In this document: positions 1-8,395 of the stretch, piece after piece | Numbering within the stretch: position 1 is the stretch's first letter | Layout of the letters: each line of letters starts with the position of its first letter | Source of the DNA: a virus | Lineage: Duplodnaviria > Heunggongvirae > Uroviricota > Caudoviricetes | Virus record (IMG/VR): IMGVR_UViG_3300032053_000009 | Span: 18,630-82,629 of that record | DNA: 64,000 nt | Reading direction: 5' to 3' (one strand) | Made by a program: the position numbers and the translations under genes | Notes under the pieces: generated by a model | What the model was told of the DNA's origin: nothing | The model's database searches: none | The model's input: the letters and a program-made list of their open reading frames with translations, nothing else

Positions 1-599
1 TGCTCACACGACCATACCATCAAATCCATAACCGTATTTTTGGATGGCCGAAACTTTGAATCATCAGAAACACAATCCGCCAACAGCTCATCCAAATGCT
101 TATGAAGTAATTTGTGTCGAGCGATATGTTTTTTTCTTTTTTTATCACGTTCCGCAAGCACATTAAGGGTCATAACATCGTCAACCACACTAAATCCGTT
201 CGGTCTACACCCAACATAAACACCGCAACGTTTATCAAACATATTTGTCAAATCAACAGCTTGACCAACTTTTGGTCGGCGTCGATTAATCGCAGAACAC
301 CATCTATACGCCTTACTTGTTTCATGCAATGATCGAGAAGACATACCACGAATAATTCGTCCCCTGTACTTGCCGTGCGTAATCTTAAAACACCATACCC
401 ACGTGTCCATGTTACCCATGTTACTTCCATAATCTGGAACAGCAAATATAACGTCTTCTTCTATCGTCAACAGCATGGCTTTATAAAAACCAATCGGCAT
501 TTTGGTTGACGCACTATGAAGATACTGATGGTCTTTTCTGCGCTGTTGGATAATACATTCAATTTGATATGGAGACAGAATTGGTGATTTTTTATTCAT
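1..599 (-). CDS. Partial hypothetical protein (runs off left edge); N-terminal part resembles DUF669/phage ssDNA-binding-like OB fold
   Basis: Manual translation: open frame from ATG 599 to the window edge (MNKKSPILSP...WVWCFKITHGKYRGRIIRG...GQAVDLTNMFDKRCGVYVG...HKLLHKHLDELLAD). TAAGGAG SD upstream. Absent from the ORF track because no stop lies in the window. Confidence 0.65.
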   Translation of the reverse strand, partial: MNKKSPILSPYQIECIIQQRRKDHQYLHSASTKMPIGFYKAMLLTIEEDVIFAVPDYGSNMGNMDTWVWCFKITHGKYRGRIIRGMSSRSLHETSKAYRWCSAINRRRPKVGQAVDLTNMFDKRCGVYVGCRPNGFSVVDDVMTLNVLAERDKKRKKHIARHKLLHKHLDELLADCVSDDSKFRPSKNTVMDLMVWSCE

Positions 600-613
600 A
601 ACATTTACGCTCC

Positions 614-1612
614 TTATATATTCTTCGGAACCCTGATCTCGTAATCTTTCGTGATCTCGCCTGCGCTCCGGTTGCCTTTCACAGTCGGGTGCCAGAACCA
701 GATTCCCTTATGCTTGCCAAACAGCGGCTTCTCATTGAAATTCTTAAAGTGACCACGCACCAAGTGAAGCGCCTGCGGCGTCAAATCCTCATTACCTTGG
801 TTGCCATCACGGATGATTCGCTTCGGCACGTCCAGAACGAGCGTATGGTGGCGAAATAGCGGGAGCCGCCCACGTCTGACCCTGGCTCGTTGCAAAGCGT
901 CTGGAATAGGTGGCGCAGCCTGCTCCTTGATCCCACGAGCGTGCAGAAACGACAAGCTCATGCACGGAACGCCTGCCAGCGAATGAGCGTAAGCGATGGC
1001 GCTTTGATGACCTTGTTCTGCTCGTCCTTTGAGCATTTCTACGATCCATGCCGATGGGTGACTCATGACACCCTTGCCGTTCATTTCAGGACTCGCAAAC
1101 GATTCGCCATTTTCTTTCACAAGTAAAAACGTGTTGCCGACAAACACGATCAACTTCTCCATATTAAACCGGACAAACGTGGTCATGTGCAAAATCCATT
1201 TCAACTGCTCTGGCGGCACGTCAGCCATTTCCAAAAGTGATTTCGCCACGTCATCCGTGTCCTTCAACCCAAACTTCATCAGCACCGTTAATTTCAATTG
1301 ACGCAAAGCATCAGCCGCTTCTTGCGTGGTTCGGCACTCGGCGCTGCTGATCAAAACACCAATGGTTTGACGGTTCTCATTTTTCAATTGCCACTCCATC
1401 CACATTGAGCGGTAAGCGGGCGCCACGTTTGGAAAATCGTTCCAATCCCATTCGTTCTTTTTCGCCTCCATATACTCGCAGACGTTATCGACTCTGAACA
1501 CAACTGGTTTCTCTCGGTCAAAAAAATCAGCCATAAAGTTCGTAGGCAACTCATTGAAGTTGCTCTGAGCTTTTGGATTGCGCCGCATCTCCGCAATGTC
1601 ATCAATAAGCAA
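614..1612 (-). CDS. Conserved phage hypothetical protein (C-terminal H-x-V-R-G-H motif)
   Basis: 332 aa ORF; C-terminal LHLVRGHFK...GIWFWHPTVKG pattern seen in phage hypotheticals. Confidence 0.75.
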   Translation of the reverse strand: MLIDDIAEMRRNPKAQSNFNELPTNFMADFFDREKPVVFRVDNVCEYMEAKKNEWDWNDFPNVAPAYRSMWMEWQLKNENRQTIGVLISSAECRTTQEAADALRQLKLTVLMKFGLKDTDDVAKSLLEMADVPPEQLKWILHMTTFVRFNMEKLIVFVGNTFLLVKENGESFASPEMNGKGVMSHPSAWIVEMLKGRAEQGHQSAIAYAHSLAGVPCMSLSFLHARGIKEQAAPPIPDALQRARVRRGRLPLFRHHTLVLDVPKRIIRDGNQGNEDLTPQALHLVRGHFKNFNEKPLFGKHKGIWFWHPTVKGNRSAGEITKDYEIRVPKNI

Positions 1613-1904
1613 GTGGCACCTCCATCAACTCATGATCGGCAAGACCCTCAAAATTACCATCAACGTCAACGTGACCAACAAGAATGTTGCCCATGAGTTC
1701 GTTGAATCTCTTGTTCGGCTCCAACGGCATCAACCGTCCTTCCTCGTTGACGAAAACATCATAAGGCTTCATATCAATGCGAATACGAGTGTGCTCAATA
1801 TATCCGCCGACAATCTCTTGCATTTTTTTCAGCGGGCAAAATCCATCCGTCACGAACGAACTTAAATGACCGTCAACGTGAATGATGACGTAACGCTGTT
1901 TCAT
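1602..1904 (-). CDS. DUF3846-like protein
   Basis: MQEIVGGYIE...VFVNEEGRLMPLEPN...ILVG matches the recalled DUF3846 pattern. Confidence 0.75.
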   Translation of the reverse strand: MKQRYVIIHVDGHLSSFVTDGFCPLKKMQEIVGGYIEHTRIRIDMKPYDVFVNEEGRLMPLEPNKRFNELMGNILVGHVDVDGNFEGLADHELMEVPLAY

Positions 1905-1912
1905 GGACGCTC

Positions 1913-2488
1913 CTATCCCATCCGATCAGGCAACTCGCCTGGATATTGAAATTTCTCGCCCGAAGATTGTCCCGCCCAGCTTTGAATCTCTTTAACAATC
2001 TTAGGCGGTATCTCTTCCCGAAGCCAAGCCGATCCGTATTTGTATCCACAGGTCGGGCACGCTTTTGTGAGCAAGCCATCTTTATGCTCGGACGGCAAAA
2101 CCCAGATCGCCAACAAGCCCTTCTCATCTCGATTGCCCTTATGGTCTGGCAACTCCTTCGGATCAATTCGCCGATCTTCCAAGCGATCCGCCCGCTGATG
2201 TTCGCAGCCAGCTCGCATATCGTTCAGGTGCCAACGCTCCCAAATCTCAGCCATACGCTGCGCCTTGGCGTTGTCGGGGAAGTACGACACAACCTCATCC
2301 ACGCACTGACCGCCGCAGTAAATGTCAGTGTGACGTGGATTCCAAATCTCGGCGCTCATAGAGAAGTTTCCGTTCTCGAATTTCCACGTAATGACAGCCT
2401 GGCAGTTTTTCACTCCTGTCTGATCGTAGTCCACTTTGCCTAAGACCAATTTATGATTCATATCGCTCACGCTCCTTTGAATGTCCAT
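1913..2488 (-). CDS. Conserved phage/mobile-element hypothetical protein with C-terminal CxxC
   Basis: FSMSAEIW...GGQCVDEV...IWERWHLNDMRAGC...CPTCGYKYGSAW; start may be slightly downstream. Confidence 0.7.
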   Translation of the reverse strand: MDIQRSVSDMNHKLVLGKVDYDQTGVKNCQAVITWKFENGNFSMSAEIWNPRHTDIYCGGQCVDEVVSYFPDNAKAQRMAEIWERWHLNDMRAGCEHQRADRLEDRRIDPKELPDHKGNRDEKGLLAIWVLPSEHKDGLLTKACPTCGYKYGSAWLREEIPPKIVKEIQSWAGQSSGEKFQYPGELPDRMG

Positions 2489-2775
2489 AGTCGTCGAAAA
2501 GCGGCTTTCGTAACCTTCGAGCGGCGCTTGCTTCCGACCTCTTGAAAAATCACATCACCCAAATCAAATCCGGTCACGACCACTTCACGCTTACCTTTGA
2601 GATAATGTCCGCCAATCCCGATCTCCCGATCCTTCCACCGCTGTAAGCTCTGCCGAAGATGAGGGCACAAACCTTTCGATTCATCAATATCCGGTTTGCC
2701 CTGGGCGTCGATCCTGACTTCATGAAATTTGTGGATCGGACATTGCCAATTCTGTATGCCGCTGTTGATGCTCAT
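2467..2775 (-). CDS. Hypothetical protein (C-x2-H...C-x-H possible metal site)
   Basis: 102 aa ORF; ATGA overlap with the upstream gene. Confidence 0.6.
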   Translation of the reverse strand: MSINSGIQNWQCPIHKFHEVRIDAQGKPDIDESKGLCPHLRQSLQRWKDREIGIGGHYLKGKREVVVTGFDLGDVIFQEVGSKRRSKVTKAAFRRLWTFKGA

Positions 2776-2969
2776 TTAAGACCATCCTCTTTGGCATCAA
2801 GAACAGTTTTCAAAGTCTCTTCCATTCCGCATAGACGCCCTTTGGTAAATTCATCGGAATTGCAAAACTGACGGAGACATTTAATCTTGCCTTGCAAAGC
2901 CTCTACCAAATCATCTATCGTCACAGAATTATTAGGAGCTAACATATACCACAGTTGTTTTAGTTTCAT
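2772..2969 (-). CDS. Hypothetical protein
   Basis: 65 aa ORF coupled by 4-nt overlaps on both sides. Confidence 0.6.
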   Translation of the reverse strand: MKLKQLWYMLAPNNSVTIDDLVEALQGKIKCLRQFCNSDEFTKGRLCGMEETLKTVLDAKEDGLK

Positions 2970-3190
2970 AACTTAACCTCCTGCCCATAGTTTTCAACTA
3001 TTTTTAATCCAGCAATTACAGTGGTTGCGTGGTATTTTTTTAACAATCGTTCAGCCTCTCTGATTGTGAAATGTAAGGCATCTGGATATTCAGGAGAAAA
3101 TTTGAATTTTCCGTTATGCTCGCTTCGGACAAAATTTCCTAACGCATCTTGAACAATAACCACTCCTGTTTTTATTGGTTCTGTTTTCAT
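2966..3190 (-). CDS. Hypothetical protein
   Basis: Start reassigned to MKTEPIK at 3190 because of the GGAGGA SD; the ORF-track start at 3349 overlaps the next gene. Confidence 0.6.
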   Translation of the reverse strand: MKTEPIKTGVVIVQDALGNFVRSEHNGKFKFSPEYPDALHFTIREAERLLKKYHATTVIAGLKIVENYGQEVKL

Positions 3191-3230
3191 AATATTCCTC
3201 CTTCTCTCTCGTTCTTGTTTTCTGATCGCC

Positions 3231-3518
3231 TTATCCATTGGTCGGCTCCGCTCTATTAAACCCGCCCAAGTTCCTTTCCTGCTCATCGGGTGTTGGCTTC
3301 CTTTTATACTGACGTGGTTTGAACTGGGCGATGGCATCTTCCAGCTCATTCATAAACCGATTCTCAAAAAAGTTGCCATCGTTGTACCCATCAGTCTTGG
3401 CTATGTAATCTCTGGACTTGATCGCCAGCCGCACAAGCTCCTCGATGACGTGGCATTGACAAAGACATTCACTGCTGTGCGTTCCGTAAACAACCATGTC
3501 GTGACAAGCGCAAGTCAT
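3231..3518 (-). CDS. Hypothetical Cys/His-rich protein
   Basis: 95 aa; CACH...CLCQCH; AAGGAG SD. Confidence 0.6.
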   Translation of the reverse strand: MTCACHDMVVYGTHSSECLCQCHVIEELVRLAIKSRDYIAKTDGYNDGNFFENRFMNELEDAIAQFKPRQYKRKPTPDEQERNLGGFNRAEPTNG

Positions 3519-3781
3519 ATCGAAGTCTCCTTCTTGTCCTTATTATCCACCCATATGACGACATACGCTGACCCTGGATAAGCGTGCCAGCCGCCATGAC
3601 CCTTCGCCCGCTGGCAATACCCACGTCCTTTCGGATGAGGCTGTTTGCAATGCTTAGCCTTTTTGTGCCCAGTCTTCTCAGCGTGCTCATGCTGCTGAAA
3701 CTTGAAACCGAAATATCTGTCGCACGTCGGACAATCAAACTCAGCCCAGCGGTCGTACCATTCTGTCAGCACTCGACTCAT
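3515..3781 (-). CDS. Double zinc-finger protein (C2H2-like)
   Basis: CPTC-x12-H-x5-H followed by C-x10-C-x5-H-x3-H. Confidence 0.65.
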   Translation of the reverse strand: MSRVLTEWYDRWAEFDCPTCDRYFGFKFQQHEHAEKTGHKKAKHCKQPHPKGRGYCQRAKGHGGWHAYPGSAYVVIWVDNKDKKETSI

Positions 3782-4047
3782 GACGAACGCTCCTTTTTAT
3801 CGGAGCGAAATCTATCTAACCACTTCGTCACTTTTGCTTTTGATCCCCAACACCCAACTGGTATTTTGTTATAAACATAGGTGCAAATTTCAACCAAATC
3901 TTGAGAGTTTTGCGCATCTGCATGACCAACAGCACCAAACAGGTCATTGGTCAGTACAGAATATAGGAACCCGCCAGTAGGCGTGCCATGATAAACGTAA
4001 TCTTCGAGTGCCGTTAACGTTGAGTCCTTCATAATCGCCTCCTTCAT
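3778..4047 (-). CDS. Conserved phage hypothetical protein
   Basis: GTPTGGFLYSVLTNDLFGAVGHAD...CWGS...V..W pattern common in uncultured phages; likely start is the second Met (GGAGG SD). Confidence 0.7.
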   Translation of the reverse strand: MKEAIMKDSTLTALEDYVYHGTPTGGFLYSVLTNDLFGAVGHADAQNSQDLVEICTYVYNKIPVGCWGSKAKVTKWLDRFRSDKKERSS

Positions 4048-4547
4048 TATCTGCCGACAAAAATGGTCTCGACAGAATCACCGTACTTGGTTTCGATAGC
4101 CTTCTTCACGCCCTCACAATAAGGATGCTTCCACAACCGCCACTCATCCTTGGGATCGCCCTTTACTCGGAACGGCGTGGCTGTCTTGGAGCGGCGCAAA
4201 AGCATTTTGCGCTCATCGTATTTATCAAGCTCGTCATAGACCCACATATCCGCAACTTCAAAGTCCTGCTTGTTGTCGATGCCCCATTGCTTGATGAACG
4301 CCTCGAACTGCGAATTGTCATGCAAGTTGTCCATCAAATAACCACATGACCCGCCACAGCCTTCGTTGTAGACGGTTCCAATGACCTTCCCGTTCTCGGT
4401 AATCTTCGCCTCGAACCGTGGCGTCTCGTCGCCGCCCGCCATTTTGATTGCCTTGAGTCCGTAGATGTGAACCTCCTTGGCGGTCAAGACCGCCACGCCA
4501 CACTCACATCTATCGTTGCCCATGTTTTTGTGTTTATGGTTCGCCAT
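4047..4547 (-). CDS. Hypothetical protein
   Basis: 166 aa; AAGGAGG SD; ETPRFEAKI..NGK.IG.V.N.G.GG motif. Confidence 0.75.
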   Translation of the reverse strand: MANHKHKNMGNDRCECGVAVLTAKEVHIYGLKAIKMAGGDETPRFEAKITENGKVIGTVYNEGCGGSCGYLMDNLHDNSQFEAFIKQWGIDNKQDFEVADMWVYDELDKYDERKMLLRRSKTATPFRVKGDPKDEWRLWKHPYCEGVKKAIETKYGDSVETIFVGR

Positions 4548-4584
4548 AGTAACCTCCTTCGCTCTCGCTCTTGCTTTCTATCCC

Positions 4585-4611
4585 CGCCCACCGCTTTCCG
4601 GTCGATGGGCG
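4585..4611 (-). promoter_or_regulatory. Intergenic GC-rich stem-loop (no U-tract; processing site or weak terminator)
   Basis: Minus strand CGCCC-ATCG-ACCG-GAAAG-CGGT-GGGCG. Confidence 0.35.
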
Positions 4612-4626
4612 AAGGAGAAAGCCTGC

Positions 4627-5787
4627 TTAGAACTCGATCTCCATCAGCTTCCCAGCCTGACGGTCAAGTTCCACTCTTTTGTCAGCGAAAGGCGTGTCTT
4701 GGCTTAAACGAGTTAAGCCCGACACCATGCCCCACACTGTGTTCGGTGCGCCATTGACGGACTCATGCTTCTCCGCCAACCCATACGCCTTCTCAAGGTT
4801 GGTGAACGTGGCGATCCGCTTGTCGAACAGTTTTTGCAACACGTCTTCTTTTTTCATTGCGATCTTAACTGTCCGTGCCCGCTTGATAGCCATCTCAATG
4901 TCGCCCACAGCCGATTGCGAATAACGGCTCAACTCAACTTGAAGCTCTTGAGTCGCCCGCTCATCGGCTGAACCAATGTGTCGAATACGAACTTCACGCA
5001 CGCCCTGAGCGCCCCACACGATGTGATTGCCACACACAGCATCATATAGGAACGTCATCAGTCCGAACGATGAAGCACCGACTTCCGAATTCCAGGCAAA
5101 CAATCCCTTATACATGGGCTTGCCTGATCCACTGTCGATGGGGTGCTTCTCATTCACCATGAAAGCAAACATATCATGGTCGGAAGCGTACAGCCCCGCA
5201 GGAGCGATGAGATCACCTTCGTGAATGCCAATGTCAAACAGTTTGGCACTGTCCAGAACGTCATCTTTGGTCGCTGAACGTGTCCCTGGTTGATCTGGCA
5301 AGGCAGGGCGGGCAGGTGGAACTCTCCAACCCATGTCTTGAAGTGAGATCAGACGCTTGGCGATAAGCCAATTCCATATGCGGGAGTATTGATCTGAGGT
5401 AACGCTTCGCAGAAGCAAATCCCCATTGGAGTGAAACAGAAGCTGAGCTTCTTTTGTGCCGAAGTCCTCAGCCTTGTTTTTCAAACCCCAGTTGAGATTT
5501 TGTGAGGCGAGCGTGGCGGGAACGGTACGCAAGTAATCGGCGGGTGCGCCGACCATGCGTGACAGTTGCCCAAACGCCCAGTGAGTCAATTTCGCAAACC
5601 TGCCAGCCTTGCCAGCGATTTGCACGTCGTCTTTAACTGCTTCCACTCTCAATTCGCCGTAAGGCACTTGAGAGACCTTAGCCGTGTCCGCATAACCCTT
5701 GCAGGCATCGTACATCGCTTGGGTGGTTGCGAACCTTTCATCTGCTGGTCGGGATGACCATTGTGAGGATGCTTTGAACAGTTCCAT
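4627..5787 (-). CDS. DUF932-family phage/plasmid protein
   Basis: SSQWSSRPADERF...THWAFGQLSRMVGAPADYL...LRSVTSDQYSRIWN...LYASDHDMFAF...NSEVGASS...YDAVCGNHIVWG. Confidence 0.8.
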   Translation of the reverse strand: MELFKASSQWSSRPADERFATTQAMYDACKGYADTAKVSQVPYGELRVEAVKDDVQIAGKAGRFAKLTHWAFGQLSRMVGAPADYLRTVPATLASQNLNWGLKNKAEDFGTKEAQLLFHSNGDLLLRSVTSDQYSRIWNWLIAKRLISLQDMGWRVPPARPALPDQPGTRSATKDDVLDSAKLFDIGIHEGDLIAPAGLYASDHDMFAFMVNEKHPIDSGSGKPMYKGLFAWNSEVGASSFGLMTFLYDAVCGNHIVWGAQGVREVRIRHIGSADERATQELQVELSRYSQSAVGDIEMAIKRARTVKIAMKKEDVLQKLFDKRIATFTNLEKAYGLAEKHESVNGAPNTVWGMVSGLTRLSQDTPFADKRVELDRQAGKLMEIEF

Positions 5788-5856
5788 TTTCTTTCTCCAT
5801 TTTGTCCCTACCGTGGGCTGACTGCGCCCGACTGTGGGAGATTGGGGTATTGTTTG

Positions 5857-5900
5857 CCCCTATATACATATACGGGAAACATACCCAAATCGTGCAAGTA
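5857..5900 (-). promoter_or_regulatory. Conserved early promoter/operator motif, copy 1
   Basis: Minus strand TACTTGCAC-N15-CCCGTATATGTATATAGGGG; TTGCAC at 5897-5892; upstream of the DUF932 gene. Confidence 0.7.
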
Positions 5901-5953
5901 ATCTCATATATTTTACGCATCGTTTTTAATAGAAGCCTGCAACTCGGCTCCGG

Positions 5954-6280
5954 TTACAGAGCCAAATCGTCATCATCTTCTCGTTCAAGGTCTTTGCGAA
6001 TATCCTTAAGCATGGACTCAAGCGACACCAGGGAGACGGTCTTTGTCACCTTCCTCACTCCGGTCATGAACATGGTTTTGAAAAAACGTGTGTCTAAATT
6101 TTCAACGCTCGAAGTCTTCTTGATAAAATAATCTTTAATGAAGAAGCGAGCGACCAGAAACATGATGAATTCCTTTTTGGTCAACTCCATTGTCGCTGCG
6201 ACCCGCACATTGTATTTGTCCTTGGTTTCCGCCATCACAACATCAATTTCGTTTTTGAGTTCTTTCATGCTTAACGCCAT
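5954..6280 (-). CDS. Hypothetical protein, acidic C-terminus
   Basis: Start reassigned to MALSMKELK (GGAGAGG SD). Confidence 0.6.
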   Translation of the reverse strand: MALSMKELKNEIDVVMAETKDKYNVRVAATMELTKKEFIMFLVARFFIKDYFIKKTSSVENLDTRFFKTMFMTGVRKVTKTVSLVSLESMLKDIRKDLEREDDDDLAL

Positions 6281-6579
6281 ATGCCCAACCTCTCCGGTTC
6301 CTTGTGCAGCAGTTCCATATGCCGATCCCGATCTGCCTTGGTGCGAATTGAAAACCAACAGGCGCCGCAACGCCGCTTAGCTGTCACGTCCCGCTTCCAT
6401 CGTTTGAACTCTGGCGTCGGTGGCACCGGAGTCTTAAATCCATTTCGTAAACATTCGTTCGTGACCGTTGATCCAATCAGCTTTCTGTTTTCATGTTCAA
6501 TAATGCTGTAGTACGCCACGTCATCTCCGGTATTGCCAAACCCTTCCAGGTAGAACACGAACCGAGCCTTATTCGACAT
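6271..6579 (-). CDS. Hypothetical protein
   Basis: 102 aa; GAGGGGG SD-like sequence. Confidence 0.6.
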   Translation of the reverse strand: MSNKARFVFYLEGFGNTGDDVAYYSIIEHENRKLIGSTVTNECLRNGFKTPVPPTPEFKRWKRDVTAKRRCGACWFSIRTKADRDRHMELLHKEPERLGIWR

Positions 6580-6637
6580 ACGCCCCCCTCTGTTATCTTG
6601 GTATCATGCAATGACGGCGATTTATTAAACTCAAAAA

Positions 6638-6844
6638 GTGTCTGACAACAAGCTCAAAATAATTACGTGCCCGAACTGTAAAAAGAAGATGACCATCATC
6701 CACGTTGAAGCCAGACGAATTTATCAATCCCGCTGCATCATCACGGGACGCTGCCAGCACTGCCAAGTCATCCACACCGATTTCTGTACGCACATGAAAG
6801 ACCCGAATCACAAATACGAACACGTAACATATATTCGTGATTAA
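6638..6844 (+). CDS. Zinc-ribbon protein
   Basis: CPNC...CQHC pairs; GTG start; no SD. Confidence 0.55.
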   Translation: MSDNKLKIITCPNCKKKMTIIHVEARRIYQSRCIITGRCQHCQVIHTDFCTHMKDPNHKYEHVTYIRD

Positions 6845-7073
6845 AATGAAACTCAAAGACCTCAAGCTAAACAAAAGACGATACAAGCGACCCAACTGCG
6901 TCACCAATGAGTTCTTCATCGTCCGGTTCATTGGCAAGGAATGGATCGTGGCAGAGAACGAAGCTGGCAAAGAAGTTGTGTTCTCGAAAGATGGCGCCGA
7001 TGATAATGACTGGGAATTTTTCGACGACGAAATTCTGTACCCCGATGAACCACGAAACAAATTTTCCATCTAA
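6837..7073 (+). CDS. Hypothetical protein (small SH3-like beta protein possible)
   Basis: 78 aa; basic N-terminus, acidic C-terminus; overlaps the zinc-ribbon gene and converges on the 7070 stop. Confidence 0.55.
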   Translation: MIKMKLKDLKLNKRRYKRPNCVTNEFFIVRFIGKEWIVAENEAGKEVVFSKDGADDNDWEFFDDEILYPDEPRNKFSI

Positions 7074-7333
7074 CCCCGCCTTCTTGATTTTCGTTTTTGA
7101 ATCCGATAAATGTGAGCCTTCGTCACTCCAAACCTCTTCGCAAGCTCAACGCCCGTGTGAACATGATCGGCTCTGATTTCCTTCACTTGAGCCTCGCTTA
7201 GCTTGCAATGACCATTCTTCTCGCCATAGCGTGGCTTCTGGGCGGGTACGACCACGTGCCTCATCCATTCTGCTGAATGATACCGAGTCAAGATACGACG
7301 GTCTCTGCCAAGACCAAATTTGTATTCTGGCAT
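7070..7333 (-). CDS. HTH protein resembling the C-terminal DNA-binding helix of HNH homing endonucleases
   Basis: GEKNGHCKLSEAQVKEIR...GVELAKRFGVTKAHIYRI. Confidence 0.7.
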   Translation of the reverse strand: MPEYKFGLGRDRRILTRYHSAEWMRHVVVPAQKPRYGEKNGHCKLSEAQVKEIRADHVHTGVELAKRFGVTKAHIYRIQKRKSRRRG

Positions 7334-7983
7334 GGTTGCTCTATTGTCTCCTTCGCCTGACGACGCCGAGCCAAATGACCTTCACGAACCAATAAGACGT
7401 GCTTGGCTTTCTTGAGGGCTGTCTGTAACCGCTTCACCCGCATCTCAAGGCTCTTGACCCGCTTGCGTGTTTGATCAACCCTGTACTCAAGCGTGCGACG
7501 CATCTCTTTCAGCTTCGCCTTGCGATCTAAAATCTTCTGCGCCTTGATCTCCTTAGCTTCTCGCTCCGCACGCCACGTCGCTATTGCTTGTTCAGCTTCT
7601 GCTCTGGCGTCGGTAATGTATAACCTGTCACTGTCAATATAGACCTTGATCAACGCTCGCTTGAATGAACCTTTATGACCTGGGTGATAGTCTTTGTCAT
7701 CTTTGAATTTTTGTGTGTTCAGAACATGGGCAAGCTCATGATAGATCACGCCCAACGAACAAGGCACATCGAGCTTGGGCAATCGAATACGTGCGCTCCA
7801 CGTCGAAGACGTGGCATCGCCTTTGTTCGCTTTGCGAAATACAAACGCAACACTGATGTTATGAAGGTTGAATTTTTTGGCAAGAATGTGAGGAAGGAAT
7901 TTTCGTTCAGGATAAGGAATGTTGATTTTTTGTTCTTTGGGAAATTTATCATGCTCCCACCGATATACCAATAAGTGCGCCAT
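7288..7983 (-). CDS. SprT/M48-like zinc metalloprotease with basic coiled-coil tail
   Basis: YHELAH (HEXXH) plus a downstream H..H..SFK; C-terminal K/R/E heptads. Confidence 0.7.
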   Translation of the reverse strand: MAHLLVYRWEHDKFPKEQKINIPYPERKFLPHILAKKFNLHNISVAFVFRKANKGDATSSTWSARIRLPKLDVPCSLGVIYHELAHVLNTQKFKDDKDYHPGHKGSFKRALIKVYIDSDRLYITDARAEAEQAIATWRAEREAKEIKAQKILDRKAKLKEMRRTLEYRVDQTRKRVKSLEMRVKRLQTALKKAKHVLLVREGHLARRRQAKETIEQPCQNTNLVLAETVVS

Positions 7984-8024
7984 AGTTATACCTCTCTCTC
8001 GCTCTCGCTCATATGAAGCGTTAG

Positions 8025-8054
8025 ATTATACCCCATCGTTAGATGATACCGCAA
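8025..8054 (-). promoter_or_regulatory. sigma70-like promoter for the SprT-like gene
   Basis: TTGCGG-N18-TATAAT on the minus strand, 42 nt upstream of ATG 7983. Confidence 0.5.
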
Positions 8055-8280
8055 CATTTTTAATTGGTCGATTCTTGCGCTCGTGTGCCAAGCGAATTTT
8101 CCGACGAGGTTCCCGAAGCAAGCTGGCGATGTTGTTCATGCTTGTCATGAACGCCTGCATCGCCTTCACGGTGTCCCGTACAGCCTTGTCGGTCTCGCCT
8201 TTTCGAGCAAAGTCCTCAGCCTGAGTCAAAAGCAACTTAGCCAGATTCTGCGCTCTCAGATACGTTGAAAACCTATTCAT
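8026..8280 (-). CDS. Hypothetical helical protein
   Basis: 84 aa; TAAGGAGG SD. Confidence 0.7.
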   Translation of the reverse strand: MNRFSTYLRAQNLAKLLLTQAEDFARKGETDKAVRDTVKAMQAFMTSMNNIASLLREPRRKIRLAHERKNRPIKNVAVSSNDGV

Positions 8281-8319
8281 AGTTCCTCCTTATTATATAC
8301 AATACAAGGACGTAGTACG

Positions 8320-8363
8320 CCCCTATATACATATACGGGAAAGGGGTCAAAACCGTGCAAATA
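8320..8363 (-). promoter_or_regulatory. Conserved early promoter/operator motif, copy 2
   Basis: Minus strand TATTTGCAC-N15-CCCGTATATGTATATAGGGG; TTGCAC at 8360-8355. Confidence 0.7.
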
Positions 8364-8395
8364 TTCAGGTAGACAACTCAATATGTTTTTATAAA

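Noticed and set aside
248-445. 65-aa minus-strand ORF from the track
   Set aside because: Out-of-frame shadow inside the longer open frame 1-599, which has a good SD.
6593-7069. 158-aa minus-strand ORF
   Set aside because: S/L/F-rich antisense shadow of the two plus-strand ORFs, which have more protein-like motifs.
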